A stretch of 64,000 nucleotides of DNA from Elusimicrobia bacterium CG_4_9_14_3_um_filter_62_55 (GCA_002790095.1 PFUL01000184.1:2740-66739), one strand, 5' to 3'; positions 33,325 through 42,952 are shown, numbered from the stretch's first letter. Made by a program: numbers and translations. Notes: generated by a model from the letters alone, not told the origin.

Positions 33325-33992
33325 TCAAGCTGCAGGACATCACAAAGGTCTACGGCACGGGCGACGCGGCTTTTCAGGCGCTGCACGGCCTTTCGTTTTC
33401 GGTCGCCGACGGCGAATACGCCGCGATCATGGGTCCCTCCGGCTGCGGCAAATCGACCTTGCTCAACATCCTCGGCCTGATGGACCAACCCACCGGCGGG
33501 GAGTACCTCCTCGCGGGACACCGCGTCGACGATCTTTCGGACACGCTGCGCACCGGCGTGCGGCGGGACACGCTCGGATTCGTTTTCCAATCCTTCAACC
33601 TGCTGCCCCGGATGACCGCTCTCGCCAACGTCTGTCTTCCGATGGGATACGCGGGCGTGCCGAACGAAGAACGCATCGCGCGCGGCAAGCGGCTTCTGGC
33701 CAAGGTCGGCCTCAAGGACCGCGGGCACCACACGCCGCTGCAGCTTTCCGGAGGCGAGCGCCAGCGCATCGGGATCGCCCGAGCGCTCGCCAACGAACCG
33801 AAACTCCTTCTGGCCGACGAACCGACCGGGAATCTCGATTCAAAAACCGCCGTTGAGATCATGGAGCTTTTCAAAGAACTCAACGATGAAGGCATGACCG
33901 TGATTCTGGTCACCCACGACCGGGCGGTGGCGGACCGCGCCGACCATGTCATCCACATCAAGGACGGCCTCGTCCTAAAAGAGGAGCGCTAG
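33321..33992 (+). CDS. ABC transporter ATP-binding protein (MacB/LolD-type)
   Basis: Walker A GPSGCGKST, LSGGERQR signature and Walker B LLLADEPT. Confidence 0.88.
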   Translation: MIKLQDITKVYGTGDAAFQALHGLSFSVADGEYAAIMGPSGCGKSTLLNILGLMDQPTGGEYLLAGHRVDDLSDTLRTGVRRDTLGFVFQSFNLLPRMTALANVCLPMGYAGVPNEERIARGKRLLAKVGLKDRGHHTPLQLSGGERQRIGIARALANEPKLLLADEPTGNLDSKTAVEIMELFKELNDEGMTVILVTHDRAVADRADHVIHIKDGLVLKEER

Positions 33993-33994
33993 GC

Positions 33995-35299
33995 GTGCTG
34001 CTGCTTGAAAGCGTGCGAACGGGCGCGCAGGAAATCTGGTCCCACAAAACCCGCTCCGTACTCAGCCTCGCCGCGATCGCCTTCGGCGTCGCCGCGATTC
34101 TCTACACCTTCGCCCAGATCAACCAGATGGTCTCCCGCCGAGAACAGGCCCTCGCCTTGAAAGGCCCGGGGCTGCTCCTTGTCGACAAGGAATGGCAGCG
34201 CGGCGGCGACGAATCCCCGGGACTTTCCAAGGGGCTGACCTCGGCCGACGCGGAGGTGATCCGCCGCGCGATGCCGAGCCTGTACATGGTTTCGCCGACG
34301 CTTCAGTCGAGCGCTGAAATCCAATACGGCGGATTTAAGACGAACGTCCGAATTCGGGGTATTACGGCGGACTGGTCGAAGCGGGAATGGGTCTACACCG
34401 TCCGCGGACGCTTCTTTAATTCTCACGACTACGACTCCGCCGACCGGATCTGCGTCCTCAACGAGCCGGGCGGGTGGATCGAAAAGCCCGAATGGATGAA
34501 GGCCGCCCGCAAGTTCTGGGGATGGGACAAAAACCCATACGACGAATGGGTGAAGCGGGTCGAACTAATCGGCCGCAAAATTCGGCTCAACGACCAGATT
34601 TTCACCGTCGTCGGCGTGCTGCGCAATCCCCCGCAGGACAAGGATCCTCGCAGTTGGGGACGCCGCGACACTGCGGACGTCTATGTCCCGCTTTCGACCG
34701 CCCAGCGCTACTTCAACGATGAAATGCGCGCGGGCGAGTTCGTTCCGGACGCGGTGAACGGAATCAGCATCGACACGGGCAGCGAGGACACCGTCGCGAC
34801 GGTGATGCAGCGCGTTCAAAACCTGCTGAGCGTCCGCCACCGGGGCGAGAAGGATTTTCGGGTCGCCAATTTCAACGAGCAGATCCAGCATTGGATCAAC
34901 CAGCAGCGGGAATACGCGATTCAAATCCTCGCGGTCGGAGTCGTCGCGATTCTGGCCGGAGGAGTCGGGATCATGAACGTGACTTTGGCGACGATTTTCT
35001 CGCGCATTAAGGAGATCGGCATCCGGCGCGCCGTCGGCGCGACGCGCTTCGACATCCTGGGACAATTCGTCACGGAAGCGATGCTCTTGGGCGCGATCGG
35101 GGGGGTCATCGGAATCGCAATGGCGTTGGGCGGCATCAAGCAGCTCAGCACCGACGCTACGCGCCAACTCGAAGCCCTCTTGTGGTGGCATTACGCAGCG
35201 ACGCTGGCCATCTCGGTGTTTACCGGCTTCGCGTTCTCCCTTTTCCCCGCCTACCAGGCTTCGAAACTCGATCCCGTTGAAGCGCTGCGCCATGAGTAG
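33995..35299 (+). CDS. ABC transporter permease (MacB/FtsX family)
   Basis: N-terminal TM segment, a large periplasmic domain and three C-terminal TM segments with the FtsX-like motif. Confidence 0.8.
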   Translation: MLLLESVRTGAQEIWSHKTRSVLSLAAIAFGVAAILYTFAQINQMVSRREQALALKGPGLLLVDKEWQRGGDESPGLSKGLTSADAEVIRRAMPSLYMVSPTLQSSAEIQYGGFKTNVRIRGITADWSKREWVYTVRGRFFNSHDYDSADRICVLNEPGGWIEKPEWMKAARKFWGWDKNPYDEWVKRVELIGRKIRLNDQIFTVVGVLRNPPQDKDPRSWGRRDTADVYVPLSTAQRYFNDEMRAGEFVPDAVNGISIDTGSEDTVATVMQRVQNLLSVRHRGEKDFRVANFNEQIQHWINQQREYAIQILAVGVVAILAGGVGIMNVTLATIFSRIKEIGIRRAVGATRFDILGQFVTEAMLLGAIGGVIGIAMALGGIKQLSTDATRQLEALLWWHYAATLAISVFTGFAFSLFPAYQASKLDPVEALRHE

Positions 35300-36302
35300 C
35301 TCCCGCCTGCACCGCCCTCTACTCCGGTGGTACGACGAAAATCGACGAAAGATGCCGTGGCGCGAGGAGAGGAGCCCCTACCGGACCTGGCTCTCCGAGA
35401 TGATGCTGCAGCAGACCCAGGTCGCGACGGTCATCCCTTACTTCGAGCGCTTCGTGAAGCGGTTTCCGGATCTGCGGACCCTCGCACGGGCGTCCGAACC
35501 GTCGGTTCTTAAGTACTGGGCCGGTCTCGGCTACTATTGCCGCGCGCGCAATCTGCTTAAAGCCGCTCGCGCCGTCGTCTCCGAGTACGCTGGCGAGTTC
35601 CCGTCCTCTCTAGAGCAGCTTCGCGCCCTTCCCGGCATCGGTCGCTACAGCGCCGCCGCGATCGCCTCCATCGCCTTCGGCAAGCCGCATGAACTCGTTG
35701 ACGGAAACGTGATTCGCGTGTTTTCCCGCCTCTTCGAGATCCGCGGCGACGCGAAAAAGCCCTCGACGCAAGAGGCCGTCTGGATGCTCGCAGGAGAACA
35801 TCTACATCGCAAGCGCCCGGGGGATTGGAATCAGGCCCTCATGGAACTCGGGGCGCGCGTCTGTGTTCCGGAAAGCCCTCTGTGCGGAAGCTGTCCCGTA
35901 TCCTCATCCTGTGCGGCCTTCGAGAAAGGCCTGCAGGAATCACTCCCCGAAACCTCAGCCGCGCGGAAACCCGTTCACGTCGAGTGGACGGCCTGCCTGC
36001 TGCGCGAGAACGGCCGCGTGCTTCTGTGGAGGCGCTCCGAGGACGAACGCTTCCTCCCCGGACATTGGGGACTTCCCGAGCGCAGACACCTGCAGGGCGT
36101 TCAAACCGGAGCTCTCCTGCGCACCATCCGGCATTCGATCACCCATCACCGCATCACGGTTTCCGTGCGGGAAGCGAAAATCTCACATCCCCTTCCGTCT
36201 CCGGCGAAATGGATTTCCACCCGGGAACTCCCCTCTCGCCTGGTCTCCTCCGTATGGAGAAAGGCGGCGGGCATCCCTATGTCCAACGGCCGCGGCCAAT
36301 GA
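35292..36302 (+). CDS. mutY: A/G-specific adenine DNA glycosylase
   Basis: HhH-GPD region, 4Fe-4S cysteines C..C..C (CGSCPVSSSC) and a C-terminal NUDIX-like domain. Confidence 0.85.
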   Translation: MSSSRLHRPLLRWYDENRRKMPWREERSPYRTWLSEMMLQQTQVATVIPYFERFVKRFPDLRTLARASEPSVLKYWAGLGYYCRARNLLKAARAVVSEYAGEFPSSLEQLRALPGIGRYSAAAIASIAFGKPHELVDGNVIRVFSRLFEIRGDAKKPSTQEAVWMLAGEHLHRKRPGDWNQALMELGARVCVPESPLCGSCPVSSSCAAFEKGLQESLPETSAARKPVHVEWTACLLRENGRVLLWRRSEDERFLPGHWGLPERRHLQGVQTGALLRTIRHSITHHRITVSVREAKISHPLPSPAKWISTRELPSRLVSSVWRKAAGIPMSNGRGQ

Positions 36303-37357
36303 GCGAGAAGGAAGCCGGGAAAAAGCCCGCCGCCCCGAAAAGCGTCGCCGAGTTCGACTGGGACAAAATCTCCGACGAGGAACTGCTCAATACTCGCATC
36401 TGCGATCTGCCGATCGCCATCCCGGGGACTCCCGTTGAGGGATGGATCATCGAGGTGAAGGACGAACTCGCGGCGAAGGGGCTGCGATTTTCCCCTTCGG
36501 TCTATCTCGGGGACGAATGGTTCTCTCCGGAAGGGGACCCGGTCGTCAGCATTCCGTTTTACCTCGCCCATCCTCGCCTGATCGAATTGGAGAAGCGCCA
36601 CGTGCTCGAGGCCGAAGGAGAAACGAAGGAGCAATTTCTCAAACTACTGCGCCATGAGATGGGGCACGCCCTGGCGCACGCCTACGACCTCGTCAACGAA
36701 CGCGGCTACAGGAAGCATTTCGGCGACAGCGCCCAGGATTATCCCGAGGCGCATCACCCGCGGCCCTATAGCCGGAAGTTCGTCCGTCATCTGCACGGCT
36801 GGTACGCTCAGACTCACCCGGACGAAGACTACGCCGAGACCTTCGCGGTGTGGCTGACCCCCGGGTTGCGCTGGCGCAAGGAATACCGCGGCTGGGGCGC
36901 GCTGGACAAGCTCGAATACGTCGACACGTTGATGCGCCGGATCAAGGACCGCAAGCCGAAAAAGCGGACCGGACCGCGCTGGCGTCGGATTTCGACGATT
37001 CGAATGACGATCGCACGCCTCCACCAGATCAAGAAGCGCGAATGGGCGGAGGACTTTCCGGATTTCTTCGACGCGGACCTACGCCGGATCTTCGTCGAAA
37101 CCCCCGAATCCTCCCGCCGTCAGGCCGCCAAGTTTCTCCGCGACCATCGACCCCTGCTGGTCTCGACGATTTCCCGCTGGACGGGAGAGAAGCGCTTCAC
37201 CATCCACGATCTCGTCACCCGCTTCGCCGAACGCAGCCGCAAATTGCGTCTCTATGTCCCGGACAACGAAACCCTGGCGCTCACCACGACCGCCGCCTGC
37301 CTGACCGCGATGGCCACTCATTACTTCCTCACCGGAAAATTCAAGAGGCTCCGCTGA
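36299..37357 (+). CDS. Putative zinc metallopeptidase (HExxH; Peptidase_Mx-like)
   Basis: HEMGHALAHAYDL zinc-binding motif. The start overlaps the mutY stop (ATGA). The track ORF start 35825 is over-extended. Confidence 0.6.
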   Translation: MSEKEAGKKPAAPKSVAEFDWDKISDEELLNTRICDLPIAIPGTPVEGWIIEVKDELAAKGLRFSPSVYLGDEWFSPEGDPVVSIPFYLAHPRLIELEKRHVLEAEGETKEQFLKLLRHEMGHALAHAYDLVNERGYRKHFGDSAQDYPEAHHPRPYSRKFVRHLHGWYAQTHPDEDYAETFAVWLTPGLRWRKEYRGWGALDKLEYVDTLMRRIKDRKPKKRTGPRWRRISTIRMTIARLHQIKKREWAEDFPDFFDADLRRIFVETPESSRRQAAKFLRDHRPLLVSTISRWTGEKRFTIHDLVTRFAERSRKLRLYVPDNETLALTTTAACLTAMATHYFLTGKFKRLR

Positions 37358-38382
37358 TGGCCCGCAAAAAACTGAAGGTGCTGGCCCTCCTCGACAATCC
37401 GGAACAGCTTCCCCGCGGACACGACTTCGCCGAGGAACTCAAGACTCCCGAATGGCTTCCCGAAAAGGAAATTTTCAACGCGCTGAGGCGCCTCGGCCAC
37501 GAACTCCGCCTCCTCGCGCTGCACAACGATTTGGACCTTCTCTTCGAGGAACTACGCGAGTTTCAACCGGACGTTGTCTTCAACCTGATGGAGGAGTACG
37601 AGGGGGACTCGACCAAGGTCGCCAACGTGATGTCGCTTCTGGAAATGCTGCATGTCCCTTACACCGGCGCGCCGCCGCTGGGACTGCGCCTCGCGAAGGA
37701 CAAAGCACTGGCGAAGGTCATTATGGAGCAGCATTCCGTACCGACGCCGCCCTATCAACTGCTGGAGCGCGGCAAAAGTCCCAAACGCCGCTCCGGACTC
37801 GAGTTCCCGATCGTCATCAAGCCCCGCTACGACGACGCGTCCTACAGCATCGCACAGGCCTCGGTGGTCGCAGACGACGCGGCCTTTGAAGATCGCGTAC
37901 GCTTCGTGCATGAGAAAGCCAAACAGGACGCGCTCGCCGAACAATTCATCACCGGCAGGGAACTCTATGTCAGCGTGCTTGGGACCGCCCGGCTTCGCGT
38001 CTTCCCCTTCCGTGAAGTTAAATTCGGGAAGCTCCAGGACAGCGACAGCCATCCGATCGCGTCCTACTCGGTCAAATGGGACGCCCATTACCGACGCCGC
38101 TGGGGCGTCAAATACCACTTCGCCGATCTCGAACAAGATCTGATCGACCGGATCAGCGACTCCTGCCGCGAAGCCTACCGCGCCCTCCACCTGCGCGGCT
38201 ACGCCCGCCTCGACCTTCGTTTGGATGACAACAACAACTTCTATGTCCTCGAGGCGAACCCCAACCCGCATCTCGCCCGGCAGGAAGACTTCGCGCTCTC
38301 GGCCGAACGGGCCGGGGTGAAGTGGAACCCGTTGATCCAGTCGATTTTGAACGACGCCGTCAACCAGCCCACCGGCGACTAA
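37357..38382 (+). CDS. ATP-grasp fold ligase (RimK/D-Ala-D-Ala ligase-like)
   Basis: Start MARKKLKVLALLDN overlaps the upstream stop (TGATG). ATP-grasp motifs PIVIKP and ...NFYVLEANPNP are present. Confidence 0.7.
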   Translation: MARKKLKVLALLDNPEQLPRGHDFAEELKTPEWLPEKEIFNALRRLGHELRLLALHNDLDLLFEELREFQPDVVFNLMEEYEGDSTKVANVMSLLEMLHVPYTGAPPLGLRLAKDKALAKVIMEQHSVPTPPYQLLERGKSPKRRSGLEFPIVIKPRYDDASYSIAQASVVADDAAFEDRVRFVHEKAKQDALAEQFITGRELYVSVLGTARLRVFPFREVKFGKLQDSDSHPIASYSVKWDAHYRRRWGVKYHFADLEQDLIDRISDSCREAYRALHLRGYARLDLRLDDNNNFYVLEANPNPHLARQEDFALSAERAGVKWNPLIQSILNDAVNQPTGD

Positions 38383-38399
38383 GAACCATTAGGGCCAGG

Positions 38400-39427
38400 C
38401 CCCTCTGAGTGTACTGAGTAGAACGTCTGCCGAATTCTAGACGAAGCTATTAATGAATTTGCGGAGCGACAGGTCACGCGAGGCGACCTCACGAATCCGC
38501 TGCACGGCCTGTCGGACACCACCGGGAGATCGATAACGGAGTCTCTCTGCGATTTCAGCCGATGTTAGCGGCGAAGACATGCTTAAAATCGCGGCGGTGA
38601 CTCCTTTCGCGTATCCGGCATGCCGGTCACGCCATGCGTTAATCAATCGGTCGATAGGAATTCCGAACTCCGCGCTGACAACGCGGAGAACACGTTCAAA
38701 TACTTCGTCGGTACGCACCACACCGACCGAGGCGTTCGCAGGCGAAGCTGAAGGGGAATTCTCGGTCTCGTACAAACCTTCCTGATCCAGCCAACCGTCG
38801 GCCGTTTCGATGAATTCCGAACGAGCCGTCGTAAATCGAAAGAAGTCTTCGGCGCCATCGGGCCCCGAAAATGGAGAACGAAGCCTACGGTTTCCCGACA
38901 GCGGCTCGGGCCGGTTCAGATAGAGTCCCTTCATGCTGCTCCACCGGTAATCGCGTGGGTCACGGACGATTCCTGCCTGCACCGGGTTCATGTGGATGTA
39001 GCGTCCAACCTCGAACACCGCCTCGTTGCTCAGCAATATCTTGGATTTAAATCGCCCCTGGAAGAGATGACCCACTCGGTTGTGAATTCGATTGAAGCGC
39101 GCGGCAAAATTACTATTCACGCGATGCATATATCTCCACATCTCGCCTGTGAGACTCTCAATCAGCAGGTGGAGATGATTCATCAATAGGCAACGCGCCT
39201 CGATTCGAACCCAACCGAATCGCAGGGCCTCTTCCATCGAGTCGAGGTACCGCCGAAAATCACGCTCCGACCGAAAAATCGGTTGACGATCGACGCCCCG
39301 CACCATGACGTGGTGGAAGGATCCCGCAAGATCAACCCGCTGTTTTCTAGCCATCGATTACCTACACGTACGAACGAACTTGAAAATCGTTCCATCTCCT
39401 CACCAGCACTCAGTACACTCAGAGGGG
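38400..39427. mobile_element. IS200/RAYT-like element bounded by perfect 20-bp inverted repeats CCCCTCTGAGTGTACTGAGT (38400-38419 and 39408-39427)
   Basis: The inverted repeats were read directly and bracket the transposase gene 38437..39354. No target-site duplication was seen. The gene is lower in GC than its surroundings. Confidence 0.7.
38437..39354 (-). CDS. Y1 (HUH) transposase, IS200/RAYT-like, with C-terminal HTH extension
   Basis: HHVMVRGVDRQPIF and NHLHLLI (HuH) motifs, and the Y...NPV region. Confidence 0.75.
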   Translation of the reverse strand: MARKQRVDLAGSFHHVMVRGVDRQPIFRSERDFRRYLDSMEEALRFGWVRIEARCLLMNHLHLLIESLTGEMWRYMHRVNSNFAARFNRIHNRVGHLFQGRFKSKILLSNEAVFEVGRYIHMNPVQAGIVRDPRDYRWSSMKGLYLNRPEPLSGNRRLRSPFSGPDGAEDFFRFTTARSEFIETADGWLDQEGLYETENSPSASPANASVGVVRTDEVFERVLRVVSAEFGIPIDRLINAWRDRHAGYAKGVTAAILSMSSPLTSAEIAERLRYRSPGGVRQAVQRIREVASRDLSLRKFINSFV

Positions 39428-40017
39428 TCTGTCCCCAATTTCCGGCGACTGATTCCCTTTTCTTGAAAAATCCATAGTTTTGCTGAATTTGAGTCCATAC
39501 GGCCCAATCCGAATTGGGCCGTTCGCTTCTGTCGCGAGAGAATGATCCGGCTTAAGATATTAAGGTAGCTATGATCCGATCGCTTCTCGCCCTGATCCTC
39601 TTCGTCGGCCCCGCGAATGCGGCGCCGGTCGCGTCGCGCGTCGCGTCCGCCGCACCCGGGCATCTCCCCGTCCTGGCTCCCTCGCTGGGTGCGGCCGGAG
39701 CCGCGACTCCCTCGCTTCTTTCCTCCCCTTCACTCGCCGAGGGCGGTCTCCCGAGCCTCGTCGCCCCGGTTTTTTCGGCGGAGTCAGCCCCGGCCGCCGC
39801 CTCGCCGGCAGCTCCGGCGCAGGAGCTCCGCCCGAAAACCCTTTCCGCAGCACACTCGGGAATTCTACCGGCGCGAGCCGTTCGCCCCTTCGCTCTGTTC
39901 TCGAAAGGAACCCCGGCGGCGAACCCCGCCGACCGAACCTCCCCTAGCGCGAAGGAAACCGCGGCGGCGATCGCCCAAAAGGCCGATCGCGCCCCGCCTA
40001 CCGAGTTGGAAAAGCGG

Positions 40018-41514
40018 ATGCGGACCGCCTTCGACGGGGGCGGGCCGAAATCGCTTCATGTCCTGATGACCGCCGGCGAAGCCAATCCCTACATCAAGAC
40101 CGGCGGCTTGGCTGACGTGGTCGGCGATGTCGGCCCGGGTCTTGTTCGCGCGGGACACAAGGTCTCGCTGGTGATTCCGCTCTATGCGTCGATTTCTCCT
40201 CAAGAGCACGGTCTGCGCCGCCTTCCCGGCGCCTTCGCGGTTCCCGTCGCCGGGCGCATCGAAACCGCCCGGCTCTGGACGAAGAAGGAGCAGGGCGTCG
40301 ATGTCTATTTCATCGAGCACGAAGAGTTTTTCGGACGGCACGGGGCGTACGGCTATCAGGGAGCCGACTACCTCGACAACGATGAGCGTTTCATCTTCCA
40401 CTCGCGGGCCGCTCTCGAGGCGATGCGCTTTCTCGACACGCCGCCCGACATCGTCCACGCCCACGACTGGCATGTCGGACTGATCCCCCCTTACCTCAAG
40501 CTGATATACAACAAGGACCCCTTCTTCGCGGCCACGCGCTCCGTGATGACGATTCACAACATCGCCTATCAAGGGACCTTCGCGCCGCAAACCCTTGAGA
40601 AGGCGGGCTTCCGTTGGGAGGACTTCACCTTCGACAAGCTCGAATACCACGGCAACCTCAGCTTCCTGAAAGCGGGAATCGCCTTCGCGGATGCGGTGAC
40701 GACCGTCAGTCCCAACTATGCGAAGGAAATTCAAACGGAAGAGTTCGGCATGGGCCTGCAGGGACTCCTCGCCCACCGCGCGCAGGAACTCATCGGAATC
40801 CTCAACGGCATCGACCCCGACTTCTACAACCCGAAAAAGGATCCCCGCATTGCGCACCACTACGGACCGGAAGACGTCGTCGACGGCAAGAGCAAAAACA
40901 AGCTCGACCTGCAATCTAAACGCGGCCTGGCGCGCAAACCCCATGTCCCCGTTTTCGGAGTCGCCTCGCGTCTCGCCGATCAAAAAGGAATCGACCTGGT
41001 CGCCCAAATCATCGAATTCATAGTCAAGAGGGGCGGTCAAGTCGTCATCACCGGCTCCGGCGACGCGAATCTTGAACAAGCAATCGACTCGATCGTGAAG
41101 CAGTATCCGAATGCCGTTCTCCGAAACCCCTTCGACACGATCTTCGTCCACACCGTCTACGCCGTCAGCGATTTTCTCCTGATGCCCTCGCGCTTCGAAC
41201 CGTGCGGCCTGTCGCAAATGATGGCGCACGCCTACGGCGGACTCCCCATCGCCACCCGAGTCGGCGGCCTCGCCGATTCGGTCATCGACATCGATGAAAA
41301 CTCTGAAGCCGGAAACGGCTTCTTCGTCCGAGACTTCACGGTCGACGCCCTGAAGGATAAAATCGCAGCTGCCTTCGCCCTCTACGACGACCCGACCAAA
41401 ATGACCGCCGCCCAACGCCGCGCCATGGCCGTAGACCACAGCTGGTCTTCCTCCCTAGACGCCTACAACCGCCTCTACCACTCTTTACTGGGGTCAGACC
41501 CCCGTAAAAACTAG
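40018..41514 (+). CDS. glgA: Glycogen synthase (GT5)
   Basis: Start taken at MRTAFDGGGPKSLHVLMTAGEANPYIKTGGLADV (canonical GlgA N-terminus). The track ORF begins at 39571, giving a 149-aa in-frame Ala/Pro/Ser-rich extension. Confidence 0.8.
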   Translation: MRTAFDGGGPKSLHVLMTAGEANPYIKTGGLADVVGDVGPGLVRAGHKVSLVIPLYASISPQEHGLRRLPGAFAVPVAGRIETARLWTKKEQGVDVYFIEHEEFFGRHGAYGYQGADYLDNDERFIFHSRAALEAMRFLDTPPDIVHAHDWHVGLIPPYLKLIYNKDPFFAATRSVMTIHNIAYQGTFAPQTLEKAGFRWEDFTFDKLEYHGNLSFLKAGIAFADAVTTVSPNYAKEIQTEEFGMGLQGLLAHRAQELIGILNGIDPDFYNPKKDPRIAHHYGPEDVVDGKSKNKLDLQSKRGLARKPHVPVFGVASRLADQKGIDLVAQIIEFIVKRGGQVVITGSGDANLEQAIDSIVKQYPNAVLRNPFDTIFVHTVYAVSDFLLMPSRFEPCGLSQMMAHAYGGLPIATRVGGLADSVIDIDENSEAGNGFFVRDFTVDALKDKIAAAFALYDDPTKMTAAQRRAMAVDHSWSSSLDAYNRLYHSLLGSDPRKN

Positions 41515-42412
41515 CGGATCAGATGCATGACGGCCTGTTTGGTTCGGCCTAGGTAGTCTCCGATCCAGCGCATCGATATCCCCTCCGCTCTGCTCCTGCG
41601 TGCGAATTCGGAGCGCCAAGCACGACGAGAACGGTCGCGCGCCTGTAACACCGCGCGGGCATCGATCTCTTTTCCCCGGATAACATCGCCTGCAATTTCA
41701 TCCAGGAAAGCGTAAACCTCCTCGCGGCGAGGATCGCCGAAATCCGACATCGCTGGATTCGCAGGCGCGACCGAACCGCGCTTCGCCAAACGCCGGAGAC
41801 GCTTTTCCATTCTGCTTCTGTAATCTCCGATCGAACCGAATATCTGCTCGAACTCCTCCACATTCACGATGGTTCTCGAACTCTTTCCTTCGATCTCCAA
41901 AAAACTGGACCATCGCCAGTCCCGGGGATGCTTCACGAACCCGGCTTTGACCGGATTTAAATCGATATACCCTGGGAGAACGAGCGAATGGCGATTGGTG
42001 AAGCACCGCTTCGCATTAAACCGCCGTTCGAATACGTGCCCCGTGCGGCCATATTTCCAATTGAAGTAGCAACTGTAGGCGGTCAGAACGCTCTGCATGA
42101 ACAGAGAGATTTCGGGCCCCTTCGCGCCGATATGATAATGATTCGGCATAGGACAATAACTAAGGATCGAGACAGCGAAGGAAGGAAGATATTTTTCCAG
42201 GAGATGGACGAAGCGGTCGGCATCAGCGCCGCATCGGAAGATATCCTGCCGATTTACGCCGCGCCCGAAGACATGATAGAGATGACCCGAATGAAAATCG
42301 CGTATCGGCCTAGCCACAACCCTCGTACGACCGTGCTATTCATTTAGTTCCCTCTTGTATTGCCAAACCCCCGGAACCTATCTATTCTTTACGGGGGTCT
42401 GACCCCAGTAAA
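41484..42412. mobile_element. Second IS200/RAYT-like element bounded by perfect 25-bp inverted repeats TTTACTGGGGTCAGACCCCCGTAAA (41484-41508 and 42388-42412)
   Basis: The inverted repeats were read directly. Each is itself a near-perfect hairpin (one mismatch in 12 bp). The left repeat encodes the last 8 codons of glgA (LLGSDPRKN*). Confidence 0.75.
41511..42317 (-). CDS. Y1 (HUH) transposase, IS200/RAYT-like, with C-terminal HTH
   Basis: HLYHVFGRGVNRQDIF and NHYHIG (HuH) motifs; homologous to 38437..39354. Confidence 0.75.
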   Translation of the reverse strand: MARPIRDFHSGHLYHVFGRGVNRQDIFRCGADADRFVHLLEKYLPSFAVSILSYCPMPNHYHIGAKGPEISLFMQSVLTAYSCYFNWKYGRTGHVFERRFNAKRCFTNRHSLVLPGYIDLNPVKAGFVKHPRDWRWSSFLEIEGKSSRTIVNVEEFEQIFGSIGDYRSRMEKRLRRLAKRGSVAPANPAMSDFGDPRREEVYAFLDEIAGDVIRGKEIDARAVLQARDRSRRAWRSEFARRSRAEGISMRWIGDYLGRTKQAVMHLIR

Positions 42413-42952
42413 ATGGAAATCGTCATCATTATTCTCGGTGTGGCCATACCGTTCGCGTTTTGGCAATGGCGTGAGGCGAAGGCGAAGAATCCTTCCAGCG
42501 CTTGGCCGGAACTAGCGCCTGCGGTGGAATTTAAGTTCGAAGATAAACCGGCGAGACTTAGCGGGAATTGGAAGGGGCATAACATGCGGCTTTCCTACGA
42601 TGAAAATTCGGGGGAGGCGATCCTTCAGGTCGGCGTACGCGGCCGCCAGGGGATGCGCATAGAACTCGGACCGAAAGCTATACTGGAAAAAGAAGCGGGC
42701 ATGATCGTCCACGATCGCGTCGACCTCGGTGATCGGCAGTTCGAGGAACGTTACTTGCTCCGGTCGACGCCGAAGGAAATCGGAGAGTCGGCCTTCGACC
42801 CGAACGTTCGGCAGAAAGTGGCGAATCTTCCCGACATGCGCATACTCGCCCAGGGCGAGACATTCGTCGTGCGCACCGACCCGGTCACGGACGGCGATCA
42901 CCTCCGTGAACTGCTCGACGTGGCGGCTTCGGTCGCCGACTCCATCTCTTAG
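42413..42952 (+). CDS. Hypothetical membrane-anchored protein
   Basis: 179 aa with an N-terminal TM segment (MEIVIIILGVAIPFAFW). Starts directly after the inverted repeat. Confidence 0.4.
   Translation: MEIVIIILGVAIPFAFWQWREAKAKNPSSAWPELAPAVEFKFEDKPARLSGNWKGHNMRLSYDENSGEAILQVGVRGRQGMRIELGPKAILEKEAGMIVHDRVDLGDRQFEERYLLRSTPKEIGESAFDPNVRQKVANLPDMRILAQGETFVVRTDPVTDGDHLRELLDVAASVADSIS

Noticed and set aside
39440-39570. Hairpin ggcccaat-ccga-attgggcc upstream of glgA
   Set aside because: It is a small stem-loop in the mobile-element/glgA spacer with no flanking U-tract or recognisable riboswitch features. It is noted only as possible element-associated structure.
42382-42585. 67-aa minus-strand ORF ending ...LLGSDPRKE overlapping the inverted repeat and the start of 42413..42952
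   Set aside because: It is the reverse-orientation reading of the second inverted repeat (a mirror of the glgA tail) and lies mostly antisense to a better-supported gene.
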